From positions 160,001 to 224,000 of the forward strand of contig CAVRJY010000001.1 of assembly GCA_963721805.1 (NCBI GenBank): a stretch of DNA of 64,000 nucleotides. Reading direction: 5' to 3'. A model generated the notes under the pieces. That model had not been told where the DNA came from. It did no database searches and was given only the letters and a program-made list of their open reading frames with translations. Numbering within the stretch: the stretch's first letter is position 1; the number at the start of each line of letters is the position of its first letter. Positions 44,818 through 54,412 of this stretch are shown in pieces. This DNA is from Nitrospirota bacterium. GTDB lineage: Bacteria > Nitrospirota > Thermodesulfovibrionia > Thermodesulfovibrionales > JdFR-86. The position numbers and the translations under genes were made by a program.

Positions 44818-44832
44818 TTGCTAAGTGCCCTG

Positions 44833-45414
44833 CTAAGGTTTCTTATTCGCCATCGCGGCTGCGGCGGCTGGCAGGTTCTTAAGTACCGACGACATGCGTT
44901 CGGTGAGGGACGCGACCTTCAAGGGCGGCATCGCGGCCATCGCCGCGCCCGACTTGCGGGGGTTCATGCCCAGCAGTATGTTGACCGCGAGGTCTTCAGG
45001 GAGCGCGGCCAGGCGCACCGCGGCATCCTCGGGCTGCATGGCCTCGTAGCTCTTAACGATTTTCTTCGTGTTTTTGTTGTTGAGGTCCCCGGCCGTCTGC
45101 AGAGCGGCCTCGATCTTCATCAGGAGCTTCGTGTACCTGTCGATCTCGTTGTCGAGGTCGCGGCGCATCGCGCCCATGCGCTCCTCCTCGCTCTGGAGCT
45201 TGGCCTCCCATGCCGAGAGTTCCGCGCGGCGGGCCTCGATGTCCTTGTCCGCTGTCTTGGGGGCCGCATCCTGCGCGGCGTACGGTTTCGGGGTGTACAC
45301 GCCTGCGGGCGAGTTCGTCCCGGCGGGCTGGGCTGAGTTGTCGATGCCGTACATCGGCACCGCGATCAGCAGCCCAAGGGCGATCAGGGCCCCAAGCCAT
45401 ATGGCGCGGTTCAT
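44833..45414 (-). CDS. MotE/FlbB-like flagellar protein (MgtE N-terminal-like)
   Basis: TM, coiled coil, YEAMQPEDAA..MNPRKSG; follows fliJ. Confidence 0.7.
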   Translation of the reverse strand: MNRAIWLGALIALGLLIAVPMYGIDNSAQPAGTNSPAGVYTPKPYAAQDAAPKTADKDIEARRAELSAWEAKLQSEEERMGAMRRDLDNEIDRYTKLLMKIEAALQTAGDLNNKNTKKIVKSYEAMQPEDAAVRLAALPEDLAVNILLGMNPRKSGAAMAAMPPLKVASLTERMSSVLKNLPAAAAAMANKKP

Positions 45415-45854
45415 GCGAGCGCCCTCCTGCTTATAAACAGCGCGTCCATGCCCTTTTGCTCCTCGATGTCCTGCTGGCGGGTGAATTGCTTCTGGAGCCG
45501 GTCGCGGTAGGTCTCGATGACCCTGCGCTCGCGGTGGGCCTCGAGCAGGGCGTCGAGCCTGGAGTCGAGCTCGATTGTTGCGGCCTCCACGACCGCGCTC
45601 TGGCGGCCGCGGCTCCGGTCCATGCTCTCGCGGTACTCAAACAGCATACTGAGCTCAAGGACGTCGAGCGTGCGCTCCGACTGCACCTCGAAGAGCCGCT
45701 TCATCGCGGCATCGAGGCTGCGGTCGATCAGCCGCAGCGCGGCCTCCTCGTCCTCCAGGACGGCGCGTGCGCGGCGGACCTCGGCGACCTTGTCCTCCTC
45801 CTCGATCTCGCGGACCTCGGCCACGCGCGTCAGCGTCGATATCCTCTGTCTCAT
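45411..45854 (-). CDS. fliJ: Flagellar export protein FliJ
   Basis: 147-aa coiled coil ending EQKGMD; follows fliI. Confidence 0.75.
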   Translation of the reverse strand: MRQRISTLTRVAEVREIEEEDKVAEVRRARAVLEDEEAALRLIDRSLDAAMKRLFEVQSERTLDVLELSMLFEYRESMDRSRGRQSAVVEAATIELDSRLDALLEAHRERRVIETYRDRLQKQFTRQQDIEEQKGMDALFISRRALA

Positions 45855-45879
45855 ATCTTGTAACTCATTGGCTTATATC

Positions 45880-47244
45880 TCATCGCTTCTGGCCCGCGGG
45901 CACCGGCGGCTGCGGATGGGGCTGAGGCTGCTTCTCGAACAGGTGGTAGAGCCCTTGGAGGCTGTCGGAGAAGTCCTTGCGGTCGTTCATGCCCTGCCGC
46001 AGGTAGGCGCGCATCGGCTCGATCATCTCGATTGCGTAGTCGATCTTCGGGTTCGAGCCTTTCTTGTAAGCGCCAAGGTTTATCAGGTCCTCGGCGCGGC
46101 GGTAGTTTGCGAGCGTCTCTAAAAACTTGTTCGCGAACTGCAGGTGCTTGGGGTCTGCGATGTCCGTCATGACCCTGCTTTTAGACTGCAGGACGTCGAT
46201 TGCGGGGAAGTGGTTTTCTATCGCCAGCTCGCGCGTGAGCACGAAGTGACCGTCGAGCACCGAGCGCGACGCGTCCGCTATCGGCTCGTTGAAGTCGTCG
46301 CCCTCGACGAGCACGGTATAGAGCCCCGTGATGCTGCCCTTGGCCTCGGTCGTCCCGGCGCGCTCCAGTATGCGCGGTATCAGGGCGAAGACCGAGGGCG
46401 TGTAGCCCTTCGCCGTAGGGGGCTCGCCGATGGCAAGGCCGATCTCGCGCTGCGCCATGCAGACGCGGGTGAGCGAGTCCATCAGCAGCAGGACGTCCTT
46501 GCCCTGGCTTCGGAAATACTCAGCCACGCTCGTCGCGGTAAACGCGCTGCGCACCTTCGCAAGCGGGGGCTGCTCGCTGGTCGATACGATAACGACCGAG
46601 CGCTTCAGGCCCTCGGGCCCCAGGTCGCGCTCGATGAACTCGCGCACCTCCCTGGCGCGCTCGCCGATCAGGCCGATCACGTTTACGTCGGCCGCGGTGA
46701 ACTTCGACATCATCCCCATCAGCACGCTCTTGCCCACGCCCGAGCCGGACATGATCCCGAGCCTCTGGCCCTTGCCGACCGTCAGCAGGCCGTTGATCGA
46801 GCGCACGCCCAGGTCGATGGGGTCGTGGATGCGGCGGCGCTTCAGCGGGTGGGGGGAGTATGAGAAAAGCGGGTACTGTTCCCCGGTGACCGGCCCCTTG
46901 CCGTCCATCGGGTTGCCGAGGTAGTCAAGCACGCGGCCTACGAGCGACGGGCCGACCGTGATGGATAATTTCTTGCCGATGGCCTGCACGCGGCTTCCGG
47001 GGCGTATCCCAGCCTGATCGCCTATGGCCATCAGGAGGCTCTGGCCGTCCTTGAACCCGACGACCTCGGCAGGAACCGGTAGCTCGCCGTCCTCGCCGTG
47101 TATGAGGCAGGCCTCGCCGACGCTCACGCGCAGGCCCGAGACCTTCAGCAGCAGGCCGGTGATCTCGGTCACGCGGCCGTATGCGTGCATGCACTCCAGC
47201 GCGTCTATCGCGGCCGCGAAGCCCTCAAGGTCGCACAGCGGCAT
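45880..47244 (-). CDS. fliI: Flagellar export ATPase
   Basis: GSGVGKS, MDSLTR, GEPP..KGYTPS. Confidence 0.95.
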   Translation of the reverse strand: MPLCDLEGFAAAIDALECMHAYGRVTEITGLLLKVSGLRVSVGEACLIHGEDGELPVPAEVVGFKDGQSLLMAIGDQAGIRPGSRVQAIGKKLSITVGPSLVGRVLDYLGNPMDGKGPVTGEQYPLFSYSPHPLKRRRIHDPIDLGVRSINGLLTVGKGQRLGIMSGSGVGKSVLMGMMSKFTAADVNVIGLIGERAREVREFIERDLGPEGLKRSVVIVSTSEQPPLAKVRSAFTATSVAEYFRSQGKDVLLLMDSLTRVCMAQREIGLAIGEPPTAKGYTPSVFALIPRILERAGTTEAKGSITGLYTVLVEGDDFNEPIADASRSVLDGHFVLTRELAIENHFPAIDVLQSKSRVMTDIADPKHLQFANKFLETLANYRRAEDLINLGAYKKGSNPKIDYAIEMIEPMRAYLRQGMNDRKDFSDSLQGLYHLFEKQPQPHPQPPVPAGQKR

Positions 47245-47902
47245 GCATGGCCTCCAGCTCGCGCTCTATCTCGCGTATCTGCCCGTCGATCTCGGTGACG
47301 ACCTCGTCGGCCGGACCGATGACGACCGGCCCGGTGGCCGAGGCCGAGGGGTCGACGTCGAAGACGATATCGGGGTGTATCGCCATGAGCTCGGGCTTAA
47401 TCTTCTGGATGAGCTCGGCCACGGCCGGGTTGAGCTTGATCGTGACCGGCCCGGTCTTCTCGACCTTGCGCAGCGCGGCCTTGACGAGTTCGGCTATGGA
47501 CTCGGGGGACTGCTTCAGCTCGGTCGCTATGACCTTGCGGGCAATCGCCACGGAGAGCTTAAGCAGCCCGGGCTCGATCTCGCGGCTCAGGTTGTTTTTC
47601 CGGTCGATGAGTTCGTTGAGCGTGTGCTGCAGGCGCTGGAGCAGCGCGGCGGCCTTCTGCTGCCCGACCTCGAGCCCCGCCCGCTCCCCTGCGGCGTACC
47701 CCTTCCGATAGCCCTCTTTCTCAATGGCTGCGATGTGCTCGGCGGGCGTGGGGCCTGCGGGCTTCCTTAGCTCCTCGCCCTTGATCCTGCCCTCCAAATG
47801 CGGCATCCCGAAGACAGGCTGTCCCGTATCCTTCAGCACCTTGCTCCTGAAAAGCGAGCCGCTCTCTGCGGTGCCCTTTATGCTCGATGCGGTCCTCATC
47901 AT
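47225..47902 (-). CDS. fliH: Flagellar assembly protein FliH
   Basis: GxxxG repeats (GYRKGYAAGERAGLEVG); between fliG and fliI. Confidence 0.85.
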   Translation of the reverse strand: MMRTASSIKGTAESGSLFRSKVLKDTGQPVFGMPHLEGRIKGEELRKPAGPTPAEHIAAIEKEGYRKGYAAGERAGLEVGQQKAAALLQRLQHTLNELIDRKNNLSREIEPGLLKLSVAIARKVIATELKQSPESIAELVKAALRKVEKTGPVTIKLNPAVAELIQKIKPELMAIHPDIVFDVDPSASATGPVVIGPADEVVTEIDGQIREIERELEAMHAAVRP

Positions 47903-47916
47903 CTATCGGAGCCCGC

Positions 47917-48048
47917 TCATACGAGTTGCTCTCCGAGGCGTCGAGCAAGCGGGTGCATGTGCTATGGAGTTCATCATACGAGTTGCTCTCCGAGGCGTCG
48001 AGCAAACGGGAGCATGTGCTATGGAGTTCGTCATACGAGTTGCTCTCC
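47917..48048. repeat. 57-bp tandem repeat (2.3 units) containing three copies of the last 18 bp of fliG
   Basis: TCATACGAGTTGCTCTCC at 47917, 47974, 48031; the two 39-bp linkers differ at 3 positions. Confidence 0.95.
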
Positions 48049-49005
48049 ACCCTTGCCGCCGAGGATGATGCGGCCCTCCTCCTCGAGGCGGCGGGCGACC
48101 TTGACGATGTTCTGCTGCGCCTTCTCGACCTCCGATACGCGCACGGGGCCGCGCACCTCCATCTCCTCTTTGAGGATCGTGGCGGCGCGCGAGGACATGT
48201 TCTTGAAGATCTTGTCCTTCAGCGTCTCGCTCGACGTCTTGAGCGCGAGCGAGAGGTCGTCGGTGCTCACTTCCTTCAGCACCGACTGTATGCCCTTGTC
48301 GTCGACGTTTATGAGGTCTTCGAACACGAACATGAGCTGGCGTATCGAGTCCGCGAGCGCGGTGTCGTGCTCGTCGATGTTTTCAAGTATCATCTGCTCC
48401 GTCGTGCGTTCGACCGAGTTTAGGATCTCGGCCACGGTCTTTATGCCTCCGACCTTGGTGCCGGAGCCCCTCGTGAGTTCCAGCCCCTTCAGCGCCTCCT
48501 CGAGTTCCTCGATGGCGTGCGTCGGGATGCGTTCGGTCACTGCCACGCGCATCGCTACGTCGGCCCTCATGGTGTCGGGGAGGTTGACCAGGACCTCGGC
48601 GGCCTGCGGCGGTTCGAGCAGGCACAGGGCGAGCGCGACGGTCTGGGGGTGTTCGGTCGTCAGGAAGTTCGCGAGCGTCTTGGGGTCGACGTCCTGCAGC
48701 GACTCGATCGGGCTCTCGGACTCGATCAGGGCCAGCACGCGGTCGGCGCGGTCGGGGCCCAGGACCTTCTCCAGTATGCGGCGGATGTAGTCCTGCCCGA
48801 CGGGCTGCAGCTCCCCGGTCGTGATGCGGCTGGAGGCCTCGTTGAAGACCATGTCGATGTCGGCCTTGCCCACGGAGCCTACCTTGCTCATGTACGAGCT
48901 GATGCGGCTGATCTCGTCCATCGCGAGGGACTTCAGGACCTCCGCGGCGCGGTCCTCGCCGATAGTCCTGAGGAATATGGCGGCCTTCTCATACCCGGTT
49001 AACAT
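48031..49005 (-). CDS. fliG: Flagellar motor switch protein
   Basis: EHPQTVA, MFVFED, NMSSRAA, VEKAQ. Confidence 0.95.
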   Translation of the reverse strand: MLTGYEKAAIFLRTIGEDRAAEVLKSLAMDEISRISSYMSKVGSVGKADIDMVFNEASSRITTGELQPVGQDYIRRILEKVLGPDRADRVLALIESESPIESLQDVDPKTLANFLTTEHPQTVALALCLLEPPQAAEVLVNLPDTMRADVAMRVAVTERIPTHAIEELEEALKGLELTRGSGTKVGGIKTVAEILNSVERTTEQMILENIDEHDTALADSIRQLMFVFEDLINVDDKGIQSVLKEVSTDDLSLALKTSSETLKDKIFKNMSSRAATILKEEMEVRGPVRVSEVEKAQQNIVKVARRLEEEGRIILGGKGGEQLV

Positions 49006-49056
49006 TTACGCGGCCCCCGTGCCTTCCGACATTATGCCCTGTCTCATTATATTAGC

Positions 49057-50604
49057 CTATTTCTTCTCTTCGAGCCAGCCGCGTATGAGGTCGGCGGTCT
49101 TCTTCGGGTTCTTCTCGACCCAGTCGAGCACCTGTCCCTTGACGCCGCGCGTGCGGGTCTCGGACTCGAGCTCCGGCAGTATCGGCTCGAGAGACAGCGA
49201 CTGCTGGGCCTGTGCGGCGGCGAGCGCCCTGATCTGGGCGCCGCCTTCGGTCTCGCGCGGCCCGGTGAGGGCGCGCATGATCGGGCGGAGCACCATCAGG
49301 AAAAACAGGATTACCACTATAAACGGGGCGAGGTACTTAAGCGCCTGCATCCCGAGCGCCGCATAGTCGCGCTTCTCGACCGGGATCTCCTCGGCCGTGA
49401 CCTCAAACGGCATGTTCGCGACGCTGACCTCGTCGTTGCGCTCCAGCGAGAACCCGATGGCCTTCTTTACGAGGTTCTCGTAGTTGCGGATGTCCTCGTC
49501 CTTGCGCGGGGCATAGGTGCCGGTCTTCTTGTCGTATACGCCGTCGACGATGACCGCGGCCGTGATGCGCTTGACCTGTGCGGCTGCGTCCGTCGTATGG
49601 CTTACGACCTTCGTGATCTCGTAGTTGATCGTCTCGTTCTGGTTATTGGTGTTGGAGTTGGAGCTCGAGGGCTGCGCGGTGGCGGTCTTGCCCGGCACGT
49701 TTGAGCTCACGCCGGGCACTCCGCCGCGGCCCGTGGACTCGGACTTCTCGGTGCTGTGCTGCTCGCTGCGCACGACCTGACCCTCGGGGTCGTACTTCTC
49801 CTCGGTCGACTCGCGGTGCGTGAAGTCTATGGTCGCTGCGACCTGGGCCTTGACCTTGCCCTGGCCGACCACCGGCTCGAGGATCGAGACGATGCGCTCT
49901 TGCAGTTCCTTCTCGACGGTCTTTTGATAGTCCAGCTGCGTGCTGCTGAGCCCTGTGCTGTCGTCCGCGACCTTGGTGAGCATCGCCCCGTTTGAGTCCA
50001 CGACGGTCACGTCGCGGGGGTCCATGCCCTCCACGCTGCTGGAGACGAGGTGCACGATGCCCTGCACGCTGTCCTCCGAGAGGCGCCTGCCGGGGCGGAG
50101 CTTGACGAGCACCGAGGCCTTGGGCTTGAACTTGTCGGACTGAAACAGCGAGCGCTCGGGGATCGAGACCTGCACGCGTGCTCGGTCGACCTCGGTAAGG
50201 GCGCCTATCGTGCGCTGCAGCTCGCCCTGGAGCGCGCGGCGGTAATTGAGCTTCTGGACGAAATCCGTGGTCCCGAACTCGACCTTGTCGAAGAGCTCGA
50301 AGCCGACAGAGCCGCCCTGCGGCAGCCCCGCAGCGGCCATCTGCATGCGCAGCTCGTAGACCTTGTCCTTGGGCACCATGATGCCGCCCTCGGTGGCCTT
50401 GTACGGGACCTTCATCTCCTGGAGCTTCTGGGCTATCTGCCCGGAGTCCTCGGCCGAGAGGTTTGTAAACAGCAGGCTGTAGTCGGGCCTCTGGGCCCAT
50501 GCGAACACCAGGACCATCGCCACGACCCCCAGGGCCAGGGCGGCCAGGAGCGCGCCCTTCTTGCGGGCCGGGAGGTTCGTTATCGTCTCTGTCAGGTTTG
50601 CCAT
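49057..50604 (-). CDS. fliF: Flagellar MS-ring protein
   Basis: GFELFD, RALQGELQRTI, PKASV. Confidence 0.95.
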   Translation of the reverse strand: MANLTETITNLPARKKGALLAALALGVVAMVLVFAWAQRPDYSLLFTNLSAEDSGQIAQKLQEMKVPYKATEGGIMVPKDKVYELRMQMAAAGLPQGGSVGFELFDKVEFGTTDFVQKLNYRRALQGELQRTIGALTEVDRARVQVSIPERSLFQSDKFKPKASVLVKLRPGRRLSEDSVQGIVHLVSSSVEGMDPRDVTVVDSNGAMLTKVADDSTGLSSTQLDYQKTVEKELQERIVSILEPVVGQGKVKAQVAATIDFTHRESTEEKYDPEGQVVRSEQHSTEKSESTGRGGVPGVSSNVPGKTATAQPSSSNSNTNNQNETINYEITKVVSHTTDAAAQVKRITAAVIVDGVYDKKTGTYAPRKDEDIRNYENLVKKAIGFSLERNDEVSVANMPFEVTAEEIPVEKRDYAALGMQALKYLAPFIVVILFFLMVLRPIMRALTGPRETEGGAQIRALAAAQAQQSLSLEPILPELESETRTRGVKGQVLDWVEKNPKKTADLIRGWLEEKK

Positions 50605-50616
50605 TTGGAGTTCTCC

Positions 50617-50922
50617 TTATACCTGCATCCGCATGACTTCCTGGTATGCCGAGACGAGCTGGTTACGCACCTCGAGCATCACCTGAAACGACATGTCGGC
50701 CTGCTCCATAGCGAGCATCGTCTCGGTTACGTCGCCGCCCTTCGTGAGGTTCTCAACCGCCTTCTCGGCCTCGTTATTGGCGTCGTTGACCTTGCCGAGC
50801 GCCGTGTCCATGGCCTTGGAGAATGCCCCCTCCTCCGGCGCAGCGGCCGATGAGGAGGGCTTCGTCATCTGCGGGCTTATCGAGTTCGTCCCTGAGAGCG
50901 GACCTATGTGGAAACCTGACAT
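50617..50922 (-). CDS. fliE: Hook-basal body protein
   Basis: EVRNQLVSAYQEVMRMQV. Confidence 0.95.
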   Translation of the reverse strand: MSGFHIGPLSGTNSISPQMTKPSSSAAAPEEGAFSKAMDTALGKVNDANNEAEKAVENLTKGGDVTETMLAMEQADMSFQVMLEVRNQLVSAYQEVMRMQV

Positions 50923-50937
50923 CCTGCGGCCCTCCCG

Positions 50938-51354
50938 TTACTTCCCTATCTGAAGGGCCGACTTGAACATGCCCTTTGATATGTTAAACGTAGAGACGTT
51001 GGCCTCGTATGCGCGCGAGGCCATCATCATGTTGACCATCTCGGCCAGCGGGTCGACGTTCGGCATCTGCACGACGCCGTTTTCGTCCGCGTCCGGGTTG
51101 CCGGGGTCGACGACCGCCTTAAACGGGCTTTGGTCCTGCACTACTTCGCTTACGGCCACGCCGCTTATGCCGTCTTTGGGGTCCTTGCCCATCGGCGTGG
51201 AGGTGAAGACGATGTCCTGCCTGCGGTAGGGGCCGCCCTCCTCGGTGCGCGTGGTGTGGGCGTTGGCCATGTTCGATGCGATGAGGTTCATCCTCGCCCG
51301 CTGGGCGTACAGCCCGCTGGCGCTTACCCTGAGCACGTCGAAATTGGAGTCCAT
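50938..51354 (-). CDS. flgC: Basal-body rod protein
   Basis: ASNMANAHTT, PYRR, ASRAYEAN. Confidence 0.95.
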   Translation of the reverse strand: MDSNFDVLRVSASGLYAQRARMNLIASNMANAHTTRTEEGGPYRRQDIVFTSTPMGKDPKDGISGVAVSEVVQDQSPFKAVVDPGNPDADENGVVQMPNVDPLAEMVNMMMASRAYEANVSTFNISKGMFKSALQIGK

Positions 51355-51361
51355 AGCTTAT

Positions 51362-51772
51362 CTACCTTCCCTTTACTGCCTGGTTGAATTCGTTGATACG
51401 CGTTGAGATGAGCCGCACCCCGGTCTCGTACAGCAGGGAGTTCTCGGTCATCTTCGAGACCTCGACGTCGAGTTCCACGTTGTTCTGGTCGTCCCAGGGC
51501 TCGGTGTCCTGAACCTTCAGGTCCACGGCCTCGGGGATGCTGGACTTGGGCGTTATGTGGCCCGGCTCCGTCGCGGCCATCTGGAGCCTCGCGCTCTCCT
51601 TGCCGAGTTCGGCGCCGAAGCTCGCGATGTCCTTAGAGCGGTAGCCCGGCGTGTCCGCGTTGGCTATGTTGGAAGACAGCACCTTCTGCCTGAACTGCGC
51701 GACGCGCAGGATCTTGTGCATCGTCTCGAACCCCTTGTCGCCCATCGCCTCTATGCCTGTCGGATTGCTCAT
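51362..51772 (-). CDS. flgB: Basal-body rod protein
   Basis: NIANADTPGY, NNVELDVE. Confidence 0.93.
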   Translation of the reverse strand: MSNPTGIEAMGDKGFETMHKILRVAQFRQKVLSSNIANADTPGYRSKDIASFGAELGKESARLQMAATEPGHITPKSSIPEAVDLKVQDTEPWDDQNNVELDVEVSKMTENSLLYETGVRLISTRINEFNQAVKGR

Positions 51773-51786
51773 ATCGCCTCGTTATT

Positions 51787-51802
51787 AACAATAAGCGTGC
51801 CA
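51787..51802 (-). promoter_or_regulatory. sigma54 promoter of the flgB operon
   Basis: TGGCAC-N5-TTGTT. Confidence 0.65.
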
Positions 51803-51902
51803 GCTTTCGCCGGACAGATAACGTTGATTATAAAGATAATTTTCCTCACCCTGTTGTCTCCTTGGCTCTCGCCACGTCAAAATCCCGTCAGCGCGTCCGT
51901 CT

Positions 51903-53210
51903 TCAGGAAAAGTTTCCCCCGTATTCCGCCAGTTTATTGCGTATCGTCCGCACGGTCACGCCGAGCCTGCGGGCGGCGGTTGTCTTGTTGCCGTCGCACT
52001 CGGTAAGCGTGCGCAGTATGACCTCTTTTTCGATCTCGCGGAGGCTGCCGCCCAGCTGGCCGGCCGCCGGGGCGGCCGCCCCTCCGGTCTCGACCATGAA
52101 GTCGTCGGCCTCTATGACGCCGGAGTGGTTTAGGAGCACCGCGCGCTGAAGCGCGTTTTCCAGCTCGCGCACGTTTCCGCGCCACGGGCGGCGAAGCAGC
52201 GCCTGCATCGCGCCCTCGCTGATCGACTCTACGGGCTTGCCCATCGAGGCCGAGAATTTCTTCAGGAAGTGGGCTGCCAGCAGTTCGACGTCCTCAGGCC
52301 GCTCACGAAGCGGCGGGAGCGTAAGAGGCACGACGCTCAGGCGGTAGAAAAGGTCCTCTCGGAACCTGCCCTCGGCGCATTCTTTCGATAGGTCGCGGTT
52401 CGTGGTTGCGACGATGCGGATGTCGACCGGCACGGGCTTGCTCGATCCGACGCGGTCCACCTCGCGCTCCTGCAGCACGCGCAGGAGCTTGGCTTGCAGC
52501 GTCATCGGCATCTCGCCGATCTCGTCCAGGAGCACCGTCCCGCCGTCGGCGAGCTCGAACTTGCCCTGCTTGCGCTCGATAGCGCCCGTAAACGCGCCTT
52601 TTTCGAACCCGAACAGCTCGCTCTCCATCAGGGTTTCGGGGATCGCCGCGCAGTTGACTGCGACAAACGGTCGCTCGCGGCGCGGGCTCATGCGGTGTAT
52701 CAGGCGCGCGACGAGTTCCTTGCCCGTGCCGCTCTCGCCGGTGACGAGCACGGTCGTGTCGGTGCGGCTGACCTCCTCGGCCATGCCAAGGACGCGCTCC
52801 ATGCGCGGGCTTTGCGTGAGGATCTCGCGGTCGCCCGTGTAGCGCTCCATCACCGAGCCGACCGAGGCCGTGAGCGTGTCGTAGGAGAAGGGTTTCAGCA
52901 GGTACTCAACCGCGCCTTCCTTCATCGCCTCCACGGCGTTCTCTACCGTGGCGTAGCCGGTGATGATCAGCACCGGGAGCTTCCCGGCGCGGGCGCGGAT
53001 TTCCTTTAACAGCTCGAGCCCTCCCATGCGGGGCATCTTCATGTCCGTTATGACCATCGAGAACTCCGAGGCCGCGAGCCTTTGCATGGCCTCGCGTCCG
53101 TCCTCGGCGAGCACGGCCTCAAAGCCCATGCGCTGCACGGCTTCTTTAAGCGCCGAGCGCATCTGCGGGTCGTCGTCCACCACCAGTATAGGATTCGTCG
53201 TTGTCGTCAT
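51903..53210 (-). CDS. sigma54-dependent response regulator (FleR/FlrC-like)
   Basis: Receiver domain, GESGTGKE, GAFTGA, HTH. Confidence 0.92.
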   Translation of the reverse strand: MTTTTNPILVVDDDPQMRSALKEAVQRMGFEAVLAEDGREAMQRLAASEFSMVITDMKMPRMGGLELLKEIRARAGKLPVLIITGYATVENAVEAMKEGAVEYLLKPFSYDTLTASVGSVMERYTGDREILTQSPRMERVLGMAEEVSRTDTTVLVTGESGTGKELVARLIHRMSPRRERPFVAVNCAAIPETLMESELFGFEKGAFTGAIERKQGKFELADGGTVLLDEIGEMPMTLQAKLLRVLQEREVDRVGSSKPVPVDIRIVATTNRDLSKECAEGRFREDLFYRLSVVPLTLPPLRERPEDVELLAAHFLKKFSASMGKPVESISEGAMQALLRRPWRGNVRELENALQRAVLLNHSGVIEADDFMVETGGAAAPAAGQLGGSLREIEKEVILRTLTECDGNKTTAARRLGVTVRTIRNKLAEYGGNFS

Positions 53211-54412
53211 GCCCTCTGTCCCTCCGCTTCTAATTGTGGCAGGCTTAGCAGGAAGCTGGTACCACGGCCGGGGCCGCTCTCCACCCTGATCGTTCCGCGG
53301 TGCGCCTCCATGATGCGAGCCGAGATCGCGAGCCCGAGCCCGGTGCCCCGATCCTTCGTGCTGAAAAACGGGTCGAATATGCGCCCGGCGTCCTCGCGGC
53401 TGATGCCGGGGCCGTCGTCATGCACCTCGATCACGGCCGCCCCCCCGCGCTCGGAGCAGGTGACGGCTACCTCCGAGCCGCTCGGCGCGGCCTGTATCGC
53501 GTTTAGGATTATGTTCATCAGGACCTGCTTTATCAGTTCGAGGTCAAACAGCGCCAGCACGCCCGGGCCGCCCGAGAAGGCGATCGTAAGGCCGTGGCTT
53601 GCGGCCATTGGCTTTAGCAGGTATACCGTGGGCTCTATCGCGCGGCAGACCTCGGAGGGGCGCAGCGCGGCCTTCCGGGGCTTGGCGAAAAACAGCATGT
53701 TCGTAAGCACGTTGTTGAGGCTCCTGATGCCCGAGGATATGCCCTCGGCCATCTCGGCGTTAGGCGTGCCGCCCAGGTCGCGCGCGAGCATGCTGGCATA
53801 TAGCTCGATGCTGCACAGCGGGCTTCGGATCTCGTGTACTATCTTCGCGGCCATCTCGCCCATCGCTATCAGGCGGTGGTTGCGCTCCTGGGCGGCCTCA
53901 AGCTCCTTGAGCCGCGTGATGTCCTGCAGGAGCACGACATGCCCGCGCGTCATGCCCTCGGCGTCCGTGATCGCGGAGCGCGAGACTATGACGTCGAGCC
54001 TCGAGGCCGCAAGCCATGCCTCATCGGCGTCCTCCGGGATGCCCAATGACGCAAACCCCGCGCCGACTATGCCTTCGGTGCTCATGCCCAGCATCCGGCC
54101 GGAGGCGGCGTTGGCCATCGTGACCGTGCCGGCCGTGTCGACCACTATGATCGCCTCCGAGAGGCTCTCCAGTATGCCGCCCAGGTAGTCCTTGGCCTCC
54201 TCGGTCTGGGCGAGCGCCCCGGCGAGCGCGCGGTTTTTCTCGCCGAGCTCGTCGGTGAGATACCGCACGCGGCCCTTGAGGTCCGCATACGACTGCTCGA
54301 GCGCCTTCGAGGCCGAGGTGAACTGAGTGAATGCCTCGTGGAGCCTCTGCATCTTTTTGAGCTCCTCGGTGATCTGCCCTTCGGACATGGCCTCTTTTAT
54401 CGCCTGTGTCAT
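53207..54412 (-). CDS. PAS histidine kinase (FleS/FlrB-like)
   Basis: HEIRSPL, NAIQA, DDGPG, GTGLGL. Confidence 0.9.
   Translation of the reverse strand: MTQAIKEAMSEGQITEELKKMQRLHEAFTQFTSASKALEQSYADLKGRVRYLTDELGEKNRALAGALAQTEEAKDYLGGILESLSEAIIVVDTAGTVTMANAASGRMLGMSTEGIVGAGFASLGIPEDADEAWLAASRLDVIVSRSAITDAEGMTRGHVVLLQDITRLKELEAAQERNHRLIAMGEMAAKIVHEIRSPLCSIELYASMLARDLGGTPNAEMAEGISSGIRSLNNVLTNMLFFAKPRKAALRPSEVCRAIEPTVYLLKPMAASHGLTIAFSGGPGVLALFDLELIKQVLMNIILNAIQAAPSGSEVAVTCSERGGAAVIEVHDDGPGISREDAGRIFDPFFSTKDRGTGLGLAISARIMEAHRGTIRVESGPGRGTSFLLSLPQLEAEGQRA

Noticed and set aside
47917..48048. Possible mini CRISPR array
   Set aside because: Spacers are near-identical, the repeat is the fliG 3' end, and no cas genes are present
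47721..48050. ORF with ESNSYDELHSTC repeats
   Set aside because: Translation of the tandem repeat; overlaps fliH and fliG out of frame
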